Assembly (NCBI RefSeq): GCF_032444005.1
Contig: NC_091291.1
Span: 27,032,001 to 27,096,000 of the forward strand
DNA length: 64,000 nucleotides
Reading direction: 5' to 3'
Origin: Ranitomeya imitator
Taxonomy: Eukaryota
Below are positions 41,631 through 54,989 of this stretch, one piece after another. The translations under genes were made by a program, and so were the position numbers. Each line of letters opens with the position of its first letter. The stretch's first letter is position 1. The notes under the pieces were generated by a model. It worked only from the letters and a program-made list of their open reading frames with translations. It was not told the DNA's origin and made no database searches.

Positions 41631-42240
41631 TATATTGAAGTGACCAACGAACAAGATGAGAGTCTAAGACCTTTGCTATCTGGAACTCCAGATTACCATC
41701 AATAACGACAGGAGAAGGTGGCAGAGGTGAAGGTCCTGAAGATGCCATGCACTTCTTGAGAAGTGAACGGTGAGAAACATTACGGATTTTAAAAGTAGGT
41801 GGAAGAGCAAGGCGGAATGCTAACGGCTAAGATCTTATAAGGACCAATAAACCTGGGACCCAATTTCCAAGACAGAATCTTTAGCTTAATGTTCCTTGAG
41901 GACAGCTATACCAAGTCACCACAACACAGGTCCGGACCCACCAAACGTTTCCGATCAGCCACACTCATTTTGAGAACCCATCTTTCACAAATTATTAGTC
42001 ACCTGCTGCCATATAGTCGAAATAGAAGAAGAGAACCGTTCCTCCTCCGGTAAACCAGAAGGGCGATCACCAGTGAACTAACTAAACTGCGGATGGAACT
42101 GACCGGTTGAATCCTGACAGCGATTATTAACTGCAAATTCAACCAACAGTAAGTAGGTCACCCAGTCCTCCTGATTCTCAGACATAAAATATCTAAGATA
42201 GGTCTCTAAATTCTGCTTAACCCGTTCAGTCTGCCTGTTA

Positions 42241-42628
42241 GGCTACTTTCACACTTGCATCGGAACTCGGCAGTCACAAAGCGTTGGCACAACGTACCGA
42301 CGGAAGTGTGTCCTTTCACACTTCCGTCTGCAGTCCCGGGGAGGAAAGAGACAGAGAGAGAGACATTTCCTGCCGGGCATGCACAGTCGGAAAAACAGGA
42401 TACAATGCACAGAAACGTTCTTGAACGTTCTTTCCTGACGACGGGCCGCCAAATTCCAACGCAACCAGTGGACGACGGACAAAAGGTGTGGCCATACGTC
42501 ACGATGCGTCACTAATACAAGTCTATGGGAAAAAAACGCATCCTGTGGGAAAATTTGCAGGATGCGTTTTTTTTTCACAAAACGACACATTGTGATGGGT
42601 TCTGAACAACGTAAGTGTGAAAGTAGCC
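42241..42628. mobile_element. PIF/Harbinger-type MITE
   Basis: TIR ggctactttcacactt / aagtgtgaaagtagcc, TTA TSD. Confidence 0.88.
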
Positions 42629-43311
42629 TTAGACTGCGGGTGAAAAGCCAAAGAAAAAGACAAATGGGTCCCCAGATGGGTGCAAAATTCCCTCCAGAAT
42701 TTGAAGAAAAACTGCACCCTTGATCCGTAACAATATCGGTAGGAATCCCATGCAGTCTGATTAATACCCTGACGAAGATTTGCGCCGGAGATTTGGCATT
42801 AGGCAAAGCAATAAAATGAGACAATGTACTGAACCTGTCCACCACCACCAGGATTACAGTGTTCCCTGCAGACACGTAGATCTGTTATAAAAATCAACTG
42901 ACAAATGTTTCCAAGGTCTGCTGGGAATCTCCAATGGTTGGAGAGCCCCTGACAGATGAGTATGTGAGGTCTTAGAATGCGCACAGATATTGCATGCGGC
43001 TACATACTCCTGAACATCCCTATAAGCACCTGGCCACCAAAAACACCGAGTAAGTAGATCTGTGGTGGCCTTATTCCCCAGATGTCCAGCCAGCACCGTA
43101 TCATGATGTTCGCTGAGAATTCTAAGATGGAGATTGATCGGTACAAACAGTTTATCAGGTGGACAGGAAGCAACCTATCTTTCAAGATTGGAGCTAATAG
43201 ATGCCATCACTACCCCTTTTTGCTAAATAGGTACCGGTTTGCACTTATGGCCTCCACCTGGAAAGCAACGAGACAAAGCATCCGCCTGAACATTTTTGCT
43301 GCCCGGCCTAA

Positions 43312-43494
43312 GAGCTCATACTCACTTGCGAGAAACTCGGATGAGTCTCGCACGTCAATACCCGGCACTGCACCCGGCACTCAGGAGCAGAGAGTGCAGC
43401 TTCATGTATTGCTCTGCGGCTGCATGCTCCGCTCCTGAGTGCCGGGTATTGACATGCGAGACTCATCCGAGTTTCTCACAAGTGAGTATGAGCC
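43312..43494. mobile_element. Fold-back Harbinger-type MITE
   Basis: gctcatactcacttg / caagtgagtatgagcc ends, near-palindromic body, TAA/TTA context. Confidence 0.75.
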
Positions 43495-44189
43495 TTAAAA
43501 GTAACAAAGAAGTTGAACCTGGTAAAGAATAATGCCCATCTTGCCTGATGAGTTTATAGATGTTTTACCGACCACAAGTAAACCAGATTCTTATGATCAG
43601 TGATCACCATCACTGTGTGAACTGCTCCCTCCAAAAAATGATGCCACTCTTCAAATGCCCATTTGATAGCTAAGAGTTCCCTATTACCAATATCACAATT
43701 TCTCTCAGGTGCCGAAAGTTTTTTTTAGAAAAGTATGCACATGGCTGCCATTTACCAGGAGACACACCCTGCAACATAACAGCCCCCCACTTCCACCTCG
43801 GATTTATCCACCTCCACAATGAAAGGCTGAGTGACATCAGGCTGAATAAGAATCGGCGCAGAAGCAAAACACCTTTTCAATGTGTCAAATGCCTCCCTGG
43901 CAGGACTGGACCACCTGGAGAAGTCCGTCCCCTTCTTAGTCATATCAGTGAGCGGTTTGGCTACTACTGAAACTTTTTTTGAAAGAATTTATGGTAGTAA
44001 TTGGTGAAACCCAAAAACCTTTGTAAGGCCTTCAAATCCTCAGGATGATCCCACTCCAATACCGCCTTGTCTTTCGCCGGATCCATGTGAAAACTGGTGG
44101 CAGATAATACATACCCAAGGAAAGGGATCTCCTCAACCGAGAACATACACTTCTCGGGATTGACGTATAATTTATTATCATGTAGTTAT

Positions 44190-45005
44190 AGGATGCTAGC
44201 AGGTGCGTAGGATGCAGTGACACACAGGAGGCAGAGCACGGGTTAACAGGTTCTTTATATCAAACAGTAATAGTACAAGCAGGGGGGTAAAAGATATAAA
44301 CTTGCGGAAGAGAAAAGTCAATTTGCAGAAAATAACAATAGATTAACTTATCAGTCTCTGGGCGCTGGAGGAAGGTGGCTGGAAGATCCCTCAGTGGCGC
44401 CGCAGGGGGAGCGATATGTCTCCGTTCAGGTCCCGTAGAAGAGCGATACACTGTCTCCTTGCGATGACGAATCCTCCAGGTCCTTCGGCTTGTGATCTCC
44501 TGATCCGGGTGCAGTGGGGTAGAGATAATAGTTGGCGGCACAGTGGAAGAAGCAGAAAGGTCAGTAGACAAGGCCGCAGTAGAAGCACACAGTACAGCAG
44601 ACAAAGCCACAGGCATCGTCAGGTCCTTAGCAGGCACCGCAAGGATGGGACTAAGTGGTGCCACCGTGGTGATGGGAGCCAAGGTATGCACTTTATACTG
44701 GTCACTACCCGGTGCGAATGTCTCTCTGGGCTGAGGGTAGAATGTGTTGGCTCTCTTGCTAGCCGGGGATATAGGCACAGCTAGCTGGCGTGGGTCCATC
44801 GAGAGGGAGTCAACTGTCTCACTGCTCCCAAGATTGTTCCCCGCCAAGTGTACCGTCTTCCCGCCCAGACTGCTATTTGTGTCGGACCCGCCCCATCAGT
44901 CAGGTGTCCTGAACTGCTCCAGTCAGAAATCTCTTCCCCCTGAAAAAATGGTGACAGCCCTGACAGTTCCGGCCCAAACATGCAAGAGAGACTGTTAGCT
45001 TGGCC
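44190..45005. mobile_element. Unclassified insertion splitting the Gypsy RT
   Basis: The Gypsy frame (RQVLHIL...DNKLYVNPEKC) is interrupted and resumes on the other side. Family not recognised. Confidence 0.5.
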
Positions 45006-45308
45006 CTCCTCCTTACATAGTATGTGTAGGACTTGTCTGACATGCCGCTGGTGTGACTCAAGGTCAAGTGAATAAACAAGAATATCATCCAGGTAGATAA
45101 CAACAAACCTGCCTACTAGGTGACTAAATATGGCATTAATAAAGTGCTGGAAGATGGCGGGCACGATCGTCAACCCAAAACGCATCACCAGATTATCGTA
45201 GTGTCCTTCTGGAGTATTGAACGCAGTCTTCCACTCATCCCCCTCCTTAATGCGGAAGAGGATGTACACCACCCTGAGGTCCATATTAGAGAGCTATTTT
45301 GCCCCAAC

Positions 45309-45503
45309 AATTTGATTAAAGCATACTGAAGTTTAAGAGCGCTTTTGGCGCTCGAAACGCGTCCAGCGAATTGATGTTTGTCTTCATCCTTATTTTGTGA
45401 TTTATATTTTTGGTAAGCAGCTTTCCAATTTTTAAAGATATTTAATAAAATTTTTGTTTAATTTTACTCCTGGAGCTGGATTTTTTTTTTTTCTTTTTTG
45501 CTC
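45309..45503 (+). mobile_element. Solo Penelope pseudo-LTR fragment with hammerhead-like fold
   Basis: gagcgc-ttttg-gcgctc-gaaacgcgtc, followed by aataaa and ggagctgga as in the 27380-27690 pLTR. Confidence 0.6.
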
Positions 45504-47744
45504 AAGGACATAATAACCCCCATCCTTTTTCTTGACAAAAAAGAACCCTGCAGCAAGGGGAGAAGAGGAAGGTCAGATATGACCCTTAGCCAGACTTTCC
45601 GTAAAATAGTCCTTCATGGCCTGCCTTTCTGGAGCTGAGATGTTACAGCGTCTGCTCTTGGGCAGCTTGGCACCAGGAACCAGGATTAATGGCACAATCA
45701 TAAGGACAATGAGGGGGAAGCTCTGTGCTTCTCTGCTCAGAAAACACATCCTCAAAGTTTGACAAATAATAGGGCACGGACTGAGTATCCACCTTTGCCA
45801 ACTGGGTACCCAAACAGTGCCCTTGACAGTATGTACTCTACTTTACCACTTCCTGTGTCTGCCAATCAGTTACTTGATTGTGCACAGCGAGCCAAGGAAG
45901 TCCCAGTACCACAGGTGAGGGCAGGCCCTTAAGCACGTAGCAGTTTAACACCTCAGAATGTATGGCCCCCACCTGTAGCCGCAAGTCACAGACCACCTGC
46001 ATGAAGTGCCCCTGTTTTAGAGGGCCAAAATCGATAGCTATAATGGGTATCGGTCTGAATTAGGTATATGGGACAAGGCCTTGGTCCTGGACGAACCTAA
46101 CGTCGACCAAATTAAACCCCGCCCCACTGTCCAAGAAGGTGGAAACATCCTCCTTATTTTCACCCATGTATAAACTAGCTGGAAAGGAAAAAACAAGTCT
46201 TTCCCACTAAGGTTATGAGTACACCCGAGTTGCCAACCTCACTGCAACTCTGGCCCTCTAGTTTTCCAGCGGTTGTTTAAACAAGTGATGGCTAGGATAT
46301 GTGCTCACAAAATGACCATTTTTGCCACAACAGAAACACACTCACCTCTTACACCGGATTAATGCAAATTTGCGAAATTGGAACGCTGCACCCACCTGCA
46401 TGGGTTCCACAGTAGAATCAGTACTGACCACGCTCAAACTTGGACCTCCTGCCCCCAGGTGACTCCCTATATCTGTGGCAAAGACGGCGATCAACTTGGA
46501 TTGCCAGACACATGGCCGCCTCAAGGGTGTCAGGAGTCTCAGAGAGCTAACGTAGAGAGAGACCCTCACCCTGACTACGGAGGGCCGGGTTATTCCACCT
46601 AGTGTCAGTGGCCCACCGCCAGAACTCGGATCAGTATTCGTCCGCCAGACAGTCTCCTTGCTGAAGTTAACGCAGAGATGACTCAGTCAAGGAGACGCAA
46701 TCAGGATCATCATACACCAAGCCCAAAGCCTGAAAGAAGCCCTCTACTGTCTGGAGTGACTGAGTCAGGTGGGTGAGAAAATACCCATGCTTGTGGGTCC
46801 CCCTGCAGGACCGAGAAAACAATCCTCACCCATTGTTCCTCTGTACCAGAGGACACCGGATGCAGCTGGAAATATATTTTACAGGCCTTATGGAAAACAA
46901 CAGACTTGTCCTGCCCACCAGAGAACCTGTCTGGCAGCACGACCTTGGGCTCCGCAATGGTTTGCCTGGAGGGCGAGATACCCACACCAGATATAACAGG
47001 GTGCTGTGAAACCACTTTGCGTAAATCCACCACCTCCAAACTGAGCTGCTGCAACTGCCCTGTCAGTGCTGTGATAGGATCCATAATGGATCAGAAAAAG
47101 GCTTTTTGTTAATGTCACGATTGGACTAGCGAGCAAACTGGGACCAGGGGCACCTTTCCTGGCCCTAGAACTAGGGTGCGCCCTAGCTCGCCCTGTTCCC
47201 TGGGATACCTCAGGTGGCGAGAATGCCGGGGCCTCCACCCTTTCCCTGTCTCCTAACTGCAGCTCTGCATCTGCCCCCTCTCCCAACCGGGGAACAGAGG
47301 TGCTACTGTGTACCGTAGTACACCAACCCGACAGACAGGGGAACAAAGTTAAGGGTAAAAGAAAATTCCACTCACATAAAATATACTCTCACAAATAACA
47401 GAGATATTCACCGGGGTGTGAAGGATGGGGGAAGAAAATAAGGCAGGTTAGGATGAGGAATTTCCAAGTGTGCAAACCAAGCAACTGTCACAAAATTAAC
47501 TCCTCCATCTCTTCAAACACCAGCTCCTCACTCTCCAGGTCTATATAGCAAGTGCTAACTCAGACCAGAAGGCCTAACTTTTATAGGAGAGAGGAGTGGC
47601 TATCCAAGCACAGCTGAATGCAGGGATTTCCACATGGCCGATTAACGCCTGTCCTGCTGAAAGAAAACAAACACATTTAGTACACCAGAGAAGTGCTTCC
47701 TCTCAGCGGCAAAACAGCTCTGTCGCAGTTACTTCGTGACAATG

Positions 47745-48252
47745 GGTGCATGAAAATACACTTCCTTCACCATTTCCACCTTCATCGTCATGTCGACCTT
47801 CACCTGCTCCACCCGCTACTTGACTTGGACCTCTGCCTCCTGGTTCTAGATTGTTATTTTTTTAAATTCTAGGTTTTGTTAAGTTAGTTTGCTAAAAACA
47901 AACAAACATAGAAACACAAAAATAGTGTTGGATACCTCCTCTCCTGCCTCTTTCACCTACACCGCCACCGCCACCTACTCCACTTGGACCTCTGCCTACT
48001 GGTTCAAGATTATTATTACTTTGTTTAATTCTATGCTATTTTAAGTAATTTCCCTATCCATATTTGTTTGCAGGGCAGTTGTCCTGCTCTTACCTCTATT
48101 TTGCTCCCTATTGAAACCCCCTAGCCATTAATATGACAATTTTACAGCCATTTTAAAGCACTGAAGTTGGGGTCCATATTGTCTTCTATTGAGTTTGCCG
48201 AATAGACCTTTGAACTACAGTTCGGCCGAACCCGTGAACCCGCTCATCCATA
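47745..48252. mobile_element. hAT right-end fragment
   Basis: Ends ...cgctcatccata, resembling the TAGGGATGAGCG-type TIR. The other end is missing. Confidence 0.45.
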
Positions 48253-48544
48253 CATACAGTGCAATTTCTAATATTATAGCCGTAAGTAAAACCTGTGGAT
48301 GACACTTTGACTGTATGCTCAGATCACACACATTTATAAAATATGAAGAATTGGATAGCATATGGAAATCTCATGTAGTTGTGATAGAAATATCTTTGCA
48401 CATTAGGTCCAGCTCACGGCCCATAATTTCACACTTTCATAGATTTAATGGCGCAAATTAGAAAATATATTTTCTTTCTCTTCTTTGCAAGTGTTGAATG
48501 TTTACAAATACTTTGAGCATCCATATTGCAAGAAAGGATATCAG

Positions 48545-49319
48545 TAGTGTTGAGCGATACCGTCCGATACTTGAAAGTATCGGTATCGGATAGTATCGGC
48601 CGATACCCGAAAAATATCGGATATCGCCGATACCGATATCCGATACCAATACAAGTCAATGGGACATCAAGTATCGGAATGTATCCTCATGGATCCCAGG
48701 GTCTGAAGGAGAGGAAACTCTCCTTCAGGCCCTGGGATCCATATTAAAGTGTAAAATAAAGAATTAAAATAAAAAATATTGTTATATTCACCTCTCCGGC
48801 GGCCCCTGGACATCAGCGGGAGGATCCGGCGTCCGGCACGGCTTCTTTCTTCAAAATGCGCGCCTTCAGGACCTGTGGAATGACGTCCCGGCTTCTGATT
48901 GGTCGCGTGCCGCCCATGTGACCGCCACGCGACCAATCAGAAGCCGCGACGTCATTCCTCAGGTCCTAGAAGGCGCTCATTCTAGGACTTTAGCTGAGGA
49001 ATGACGTCGCGGCTTCTGATTGGTCGCGTGGCGGTCACATGGGCGGCACGCGACCAATCAGAAGCCGGGACGTCATTCCACAGGTCCTGAAGGCGCGCAT
49101 TTTGAAGAAAGAAGCCGTGCCGGACGCCGGATCCTCCCGCTGATGTCCAGGGGCCGCCGGAGAGGTGAATATAACAATATTTTTTATTTTAATTCTTTAT
49201 TTTACACTTCCGATACCGATACCCGATATCACAAAAATATCGGATCTCGGTATCGGAATTCCGATACCGCAAGTATCGGCCGATACCCGATACTTGCGGT
49301 ATCGGAATGCTCAACACTA
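48545..49319. mobile_element. Non-autonomous hAT element with a long internal palindrome
   Basis: TIR tagtgttgagc, perfect 8-bp TSD gatatcag. Confidence 0.92.
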
Positions 49320-49328
49320 GATATCAGG

Positions 49329-50366
49329 TGTAAAGCTGCAGTAGCTTTGTACGCCGTGAAGAAGCAGTGACCCACAAATTCAAACACAAAAGTCTCTTTT
49401 AATGTGTTTCTTCACAGCATTAAAGTCCAATTCACATAAATGCATATAACTTCAGTGATCAATTTACACCAGTTCAAAGTAATACATATCACATGGCTTT
49501 AGATTTGCGGTCCCTAAACAGGCCAGACTTCCCTTGTTCAGTTTTCCTGGGCGACCGCACGCCATCTCACAGTCTCTATACGTCTCTGTACACACAGCCT
49601 CATATGTTGCAGACACTACACATGCCAGCCCTCCTCTGACTAGTTCTCGTGGGTGTCCTGCATCGCTGTATCACAGTCTCTTACAGACTCATTACTCACA
49701 CAGTCGTACACAGTTCAGGATATCCTCCGGATAACAGCCAGGCACCATATCCACCTGTTTGCAATCATTGCACATGCTAGTCCTCTTTCGGGTACAGGAC
49801 ATCCACCTCCGGGCACAGGACTATCCACATCCGACTCCTACGGGCACAGGACATCCACCTCCAGGCACAGGACTGTCCACATCCAACTCCTACGGGCACA
49901 GGACATCCACCTCCGGGCTCAGGACTGTCCACATCCGACTCCTATGGGCACAGGATATCCACCTCCGGGCACAGGACTGTCCACATCCGAGACCAGTACC
50001 ATGGACGACTTGCATCTCTGTGTACACTGCGGGTGCCAGGCTATTCAGCTGCCCTGGGTGCTGGCTCTGCTGGCCTCCATGCACTCTGCAGACAAGCACA
50101 CACCAGACTGACACTGATGTGCACCTCGCACACCTGGCCTCTCCTGGCCAGACACCTGACACGGCCTGCACGGCCTGACACACCCATGCCCCTTACTACA
50201 GGGCTTTTAAACACACACAAACCTGTGGCCTCCAGCCACATGGAAAACCCGGACCGGAGATCCGTGACTCTCATGCACACCTATGGACTTCATCCGTATG
50301 CCTGCACACACATTCTGGGGAGAACAAACAGCGCCCCCTAGCTGTATCAGAGGCCACAGCCTCACA
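49329..50366. mobile_element. Possible solo LTR containing an about 51-bp tandem repeat (49790-49995)
   Basis: TG...CA ends, imperfect flanks (cagg/aagg). Confidence 0.35.
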
Positions 50367-50758
50367 AAGGTCATAACAGCCGTCATACAGAATGAATAAT
50401 ATATGCATAGTTCTCATGTATATGGGATGTATCTTCTATATCTCACCATTTTTACTGACGAGTTCTTGTACTTTACCGCCACAGATCACTTTATCTGATT
50501 CAAAGTTAGAAAGTGACACCTAGTGGTGATTGCTGCTCAGTGCATCTAGGGTCATATGTCCTGTTCTTACTTTCCTAGGAATCGGCCATGACGATCTCAT
50601 TGTGTAAACAAAATAGATTTTATTAAAAAGATGTAAAAAAAATAAATCATAAAAATGGTTGCTATACTTAGTAGACTTTTGAAATGTCATGATGTCACAA
50701 TGTCAGTGTAAAGAAATGGACATGTTGCTCACATTCGCCGTAGAAGTAGCAAGTTTAA

Positions 50759-51075
50759 CCCCTTCACCCCAAGCCTGTTTTCACCTTCATGATAGGGCCA
50801 AAATTTATATTTCTGACCACTGTCAATTTAGGAGGTAATAACTCTGGAACGCTTCAACGGATCCCACTAATTCTAAGAAAGTTTTTTTTTCATGACATAT
50901 TGTACTTTATGATAGTGGTAAAATTTCTTTGATATAACTTGCATTTATGTGTGAAAAAAAAACAAAAATTTGGCAAAAAGGTTTAAAAATTCTGCAATTT
51001 TCAAAGTTTTAATTTTTACACTCTAGAATCAGAGGGTTATATCACACAAAACAGTTAATAAATAACATTAACCAC
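50759..51075. mobile_element. Left part of another piggyBac-like family copy, interrupted by the large hAT
   Basis: ttaa-ccccttcac start. Parallels 1450-1760 up to the hAT insertion point. Confidence 0.75.
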
Positions 51076-51238
51076 TAGGGTTGAGCGAAACGGGTCGAAC
51101 ATTTTCAAAAGTCGCCGACTTTTGGCTAAGTCGGGGTTTCATGAAACCCGATCCGACCCCTGTGCGGGGTCGGCCATGCGGTACGCGACTTTCGCGCCAA
51201 AGTCGCGTTTCAATGACGCGAAAAGCGCCATTTCTCAG

Positions 51239-51357
51239 CCAATGAAGGTAAACGCAGAGTGTGGGCAGCGTGATGACATAGGTCCTGGTCCCCACCATCT
51301 TAGAGAAGGGCATTGCAGTGATTGGCTTGCTGTCTGCGACGTCACAGGGGCTATAAA
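51239..51357 (+). promoter_or_regulatory. Candidate hAT promoter (CCAAT 51239, ATTGG 51321, TATAAA 51352)
   Basis: Motif arrangement only. Confidence 0.4.
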
Positions 51358-51929
51358 GAGGCGTTCCCGCCGACCGCCATCTTACTGCTGCTGATCTGAG
51401 CTTAGGGAGAGGTTGCTGCCGCTTTGTCAGAAGCAGGGATAGCGTTAGGCAGGGTCCATTAACCACAAAACCGCTTGTGCTGCAGCGATTTGCACTGTCC
51501 AACACCACCCTCGGTGTGCAGGGACAGTGGAAGTTTTTTTTTTTTTTTTTTTCCCCTCAGCGCTGTAGCTCATTGGGCTGCCCTAGAAGGCTCCCTGATA
51601 GCTGCATTGCTGTGTGTACGCCGCTGTGCAAACCAACTGCTTTTTTCAAAGCACAAATCCTCTTGTTCCTTCCTTTCTGCACAGCTATCTTTTTTGTTTG
51701 TCCACACTTTTTATTTCATTTGTGCATCAGTCCACTCCTTATTGCTGCCTGCCATACCTGGCTGAGATTACTGCAGGCAGGGAGATAGTAGCTGCCTGCC
51801 ATACCTGGCTGAGATTACTGCAGGCAGGGAGATAGTAATTGTAGGACATTCCCTGTTTTTTTTTTTTTTTTTTTTTTGGTGGGAGATTAAGATTGGCAAT
51901 TTGGCATTTCTGCTAGAGTGCCATCCCTG

Positions 51930-53811
51930 TGTGTGCCATCTCTCTCACATAGTGGGCCATAGAAAGCCTTTTCATTTTTCTGTATTTTTTTTTGTGGGGT
52001 GTATAAATTCTCCCTGATAAAAATACAGTGGGAGATTAATATTGGCCTTTGGGCTTGTGTGCCAGTCCTGAGTGTGCCATCTCTCTCACAAATAGTGGGC
52101 CATAGAAAGCCTATTTATTTTTTTTTTTGGTTTTATAAATTCTCCCTGAAAAAAAGGGAGATTAATATTGGCCTCTGGGCTTGTGTGCCAGTCCTGAGCG
52201 TGCCATCTGTGCCAGCCCTGAGCGTGCCATCTCTCTCACAAATAGTGGGCCATAGAAAGCCTATTTAATTTTTTTTTTTGTTTTATAAATTTTCCCTGAA
52301 AAAAGGGAGATTAATATTGGCCTCTGGGCTTGTGTGCCAGTTGTGAGCGTGCCATCTGTGCCAGTCCTGAGCGTGCCATCTCTCTCACAAATAGTGGGCC
52401 ATAGAAAGCCTATTTAAATATTTTTTTGGTTTTATAAATTCTCCCAGAAAAAAAGGGAGATTAATATTGGCCTCTGGGCTTGTGTGCCAGTCCTGAGCGT
52501 GCCATCTGTGCCAGCCAGCCCTGAGCGTGCCATCTCTCTCACAAATAGTGGGCCATAGAAAGCCTATTTAATTTTTTTTTTTGTTTTATCAATTTTCCCT
52601 GAAAAAAGGGAGATTAATATTGGCCTCTGGGCTTGTGTGCCAGTTGTGAGCGTGCCATCTGTGCCAGTCCTGAGCGTGCCATCTCTCTCACAAATAGTGG
52701 GCCATAGAAAGCCTATTTAAATATTTTTTTGGTTTTATAAATTCTCCCAGAAAAAAAGGGAGATTAATATTGGCCTCTGGGCTTGTGTGCCAGTCCTGAG
52801 CGTGCCATCTGTGCCAGCCAGCCCTGAGCGTGCCATCTCTCTCACAAATAGTGGGCCATAGAAAGCCTATTTAATTTTTTTTTTTGTTTTATCAATTTTC
52901 CCTGAAAAAAGGGAGATTAATATTGGCCTCTGGGCTTGTGTGCCAGTTGTGAGCGTGCCATCTGTGCCAGTCCTGAGCGTGCCATCTCTCTCACAAATAG
53001 TGGGCCATAGAAAGCCTATTTAAATATTTTTTTGGTTTTATAAATTCTCCCAGAAAAAAAGGGAGATTAATATTGGCCTCTGGGCTTCTGTGCCAGTCCT
53101 GAGCGTGCCATCTGTGCCAGTCCTGAGCGTCCCATCTCTCTCACAAATAGTGGGCCATAGAAAGCCTATTTTATTTTTTTTTTGGGTTTTAGAAATTCTC
53201 CCTGAAAAAAGGGAGATTAATATTGGCCTCTGGGCTTGTGTGCCAGTTGTGAGCGTGCCATCTGTGCCAGTCCTGAGCGTGCCATCTCTCTCACAAATAG
53301 TGGGCCATAGAAAGCCTATTTAAATATTTTTTTGGTTTTATAAATTCTCCCAGAAAAAAAGGGAGATTAATATTGGCCTCTGGGCTTCTGTGCCAGTCCT
53401 GAGCGTGCCATCTGTGCCAGTCCTGAGCGTCCCATCTCTCTCACAAATAGTGGGCCATAGAAAGCCTATTTTTTTTTTTTTTTGGGTTTCAGAAATTCTC
53501 CCTGGAAAAAAAAAGGGAGATTAATATTGCCCTTTGGGCTTGTGTGCCAGTACTAAGCGTTCCATCTCTCTCTCTCTCTCAGTCAGTGGGCCATAGAACG
53601 CATATTTTTGGTTTTATTTGTTTTCTAAATTCTCCCTGAAAAAATCATTTTATTTTATTTGGTTTCTAAATTCTTCCTGATAAAATCATATTTTTTTTAT
53701 TATTTTTATTTCTAAAGTCTCCCTGAAAAAAAAAAAAAAAAAACAACCAAAAAAACAGTGGGAGATTAATATTGGCCTTTCTGCTTGTGTGCCAGTCTTG
53801 ACTCCTGGGTG

Positions 53812-53850
<39 letters not shown>

Positions 53851-54850
53851 ATTGTGGTCCATAGAAAGCCTATATTTTTTTTCCTTGATTTGGGTTCTAA
53901 AATCTACCAGAGAAAATAACTACATCAATCATTGGTAGAAAAATATTGGCCTCTGGGTTTGTGTGCCACTCCTGACTCCTGTGTGCGTCATCTCTCAGTC
54001 AGTGGGCCCTAGAACGCCTATTTTTGGTTTTATTTGTTTTCTAAATTCTCCCTGAAAAAATCATTTTATTTTATTTGGTTTCTAAATTCTTCCTGATAAA
54101 ATCATATTTTTTTTATTATTTTTTTTTCTAAAGTCTCCCTGAAAAAAAAAAAAAAAAACAGTGGGAGATTAATATTGGCCTTTCTGCTTGTGTGCCAGTC
54201 TTGACTCCTGGGTGCGTCATCTCTCAGTCAGTGGGCCATAGAACGCCTATTTTTGTTTTTATTTGTTTTATAAATTCTCCCTGAAAAAATCATTTTATTT
54301 TATTTGGTTTCTAAATTCTTCCTGATAAAATCATATTTTTTTTATTATTTTTTTTTCTAAAGTCTCCCTGAAAAAAAAAAAACAAAAAAAAAACAAAAAA
54401 AAAACAGTGGGAGATTAATATTGGCCTTTCTGCTTGTGTGCCAGTCTTGACTCCTGGGTGTGCCATCTCTCTCTCTCTCTCTCTCCAATTGTGGTCCATA
54501 GAAAGCCTACATTTTTTTTCCTTGATTTGGGTTCCAAAATCTACCAGAGAAAATAACTCCATCAATCATTGGTAGAAAAATATTGGCCTCTGGGCTTGTG
54601 TGCCACTCCTGATTCCTGTGTGCGTCATCTCTCACTCAGTGGCCCATAGAAAGCATATAGTTTGTTACATTTGTTTTCTAAATTCTCCCTGCAAAAATCT
54701 ATTTTTTTTTTTTGGGGGGGTTTCTAAAGTGTTCCTGAAAAAAATAAAAATAAAAAAAAAATAATAGTGTGACATTAATATTAACATTTGTGCTTCAGTG
54801 ACAGTCCTGCGTGTGGGGCATCTCTCTAATTTGCAGCCACCAAAAAAAGA
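51930..54850. repeat. Left subterminal satellite, about 150-bp units (149/154 alternation), degenerating distally
   Basis: ggccatagaaagcc recurs at 52098, 52248, 52397, 52551, 52700, 52854, 53003, 53153, 53303, 53453. Confidence 0.92.
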
Positions 54851-54989
54851 GTGTGTAACATTGGGCCTGATTTTCGCTGTGGTCTCACCAACCTGTAAAG
54901 GGGTAGCTAAATCATACTGAAGTTATAGCTCACCGTGTAAGTTGTGTGACTGCAACAAATAACGTTAGTTTGGTTACGTTTTTAAAACA

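Larger units (their letters stand above)
41270..47741 (-). mobile_element. Decayed Ty3/Gypsy chromovirus-type LTR retrotransposon with multiple nested insertions
   Basis: 5' LTR 47113-47741 (tgtcacga...tcgtgaca). gag 46710-47084, protease FLDSGAG near 46130, RT (GDEWKTAF, YLDDILVYS), RNase H, integrase, chromodomain (VHWKGYGPEERMW). PPT then truncated 3' LTR starting at 41357. Confidence 0.9.

Noticed and set aside
44260-44847. 195-aa ORF as a gene
   Set aside because: It is low-complexity, has no domain, and lies in an insertion within the Gypsy pol.
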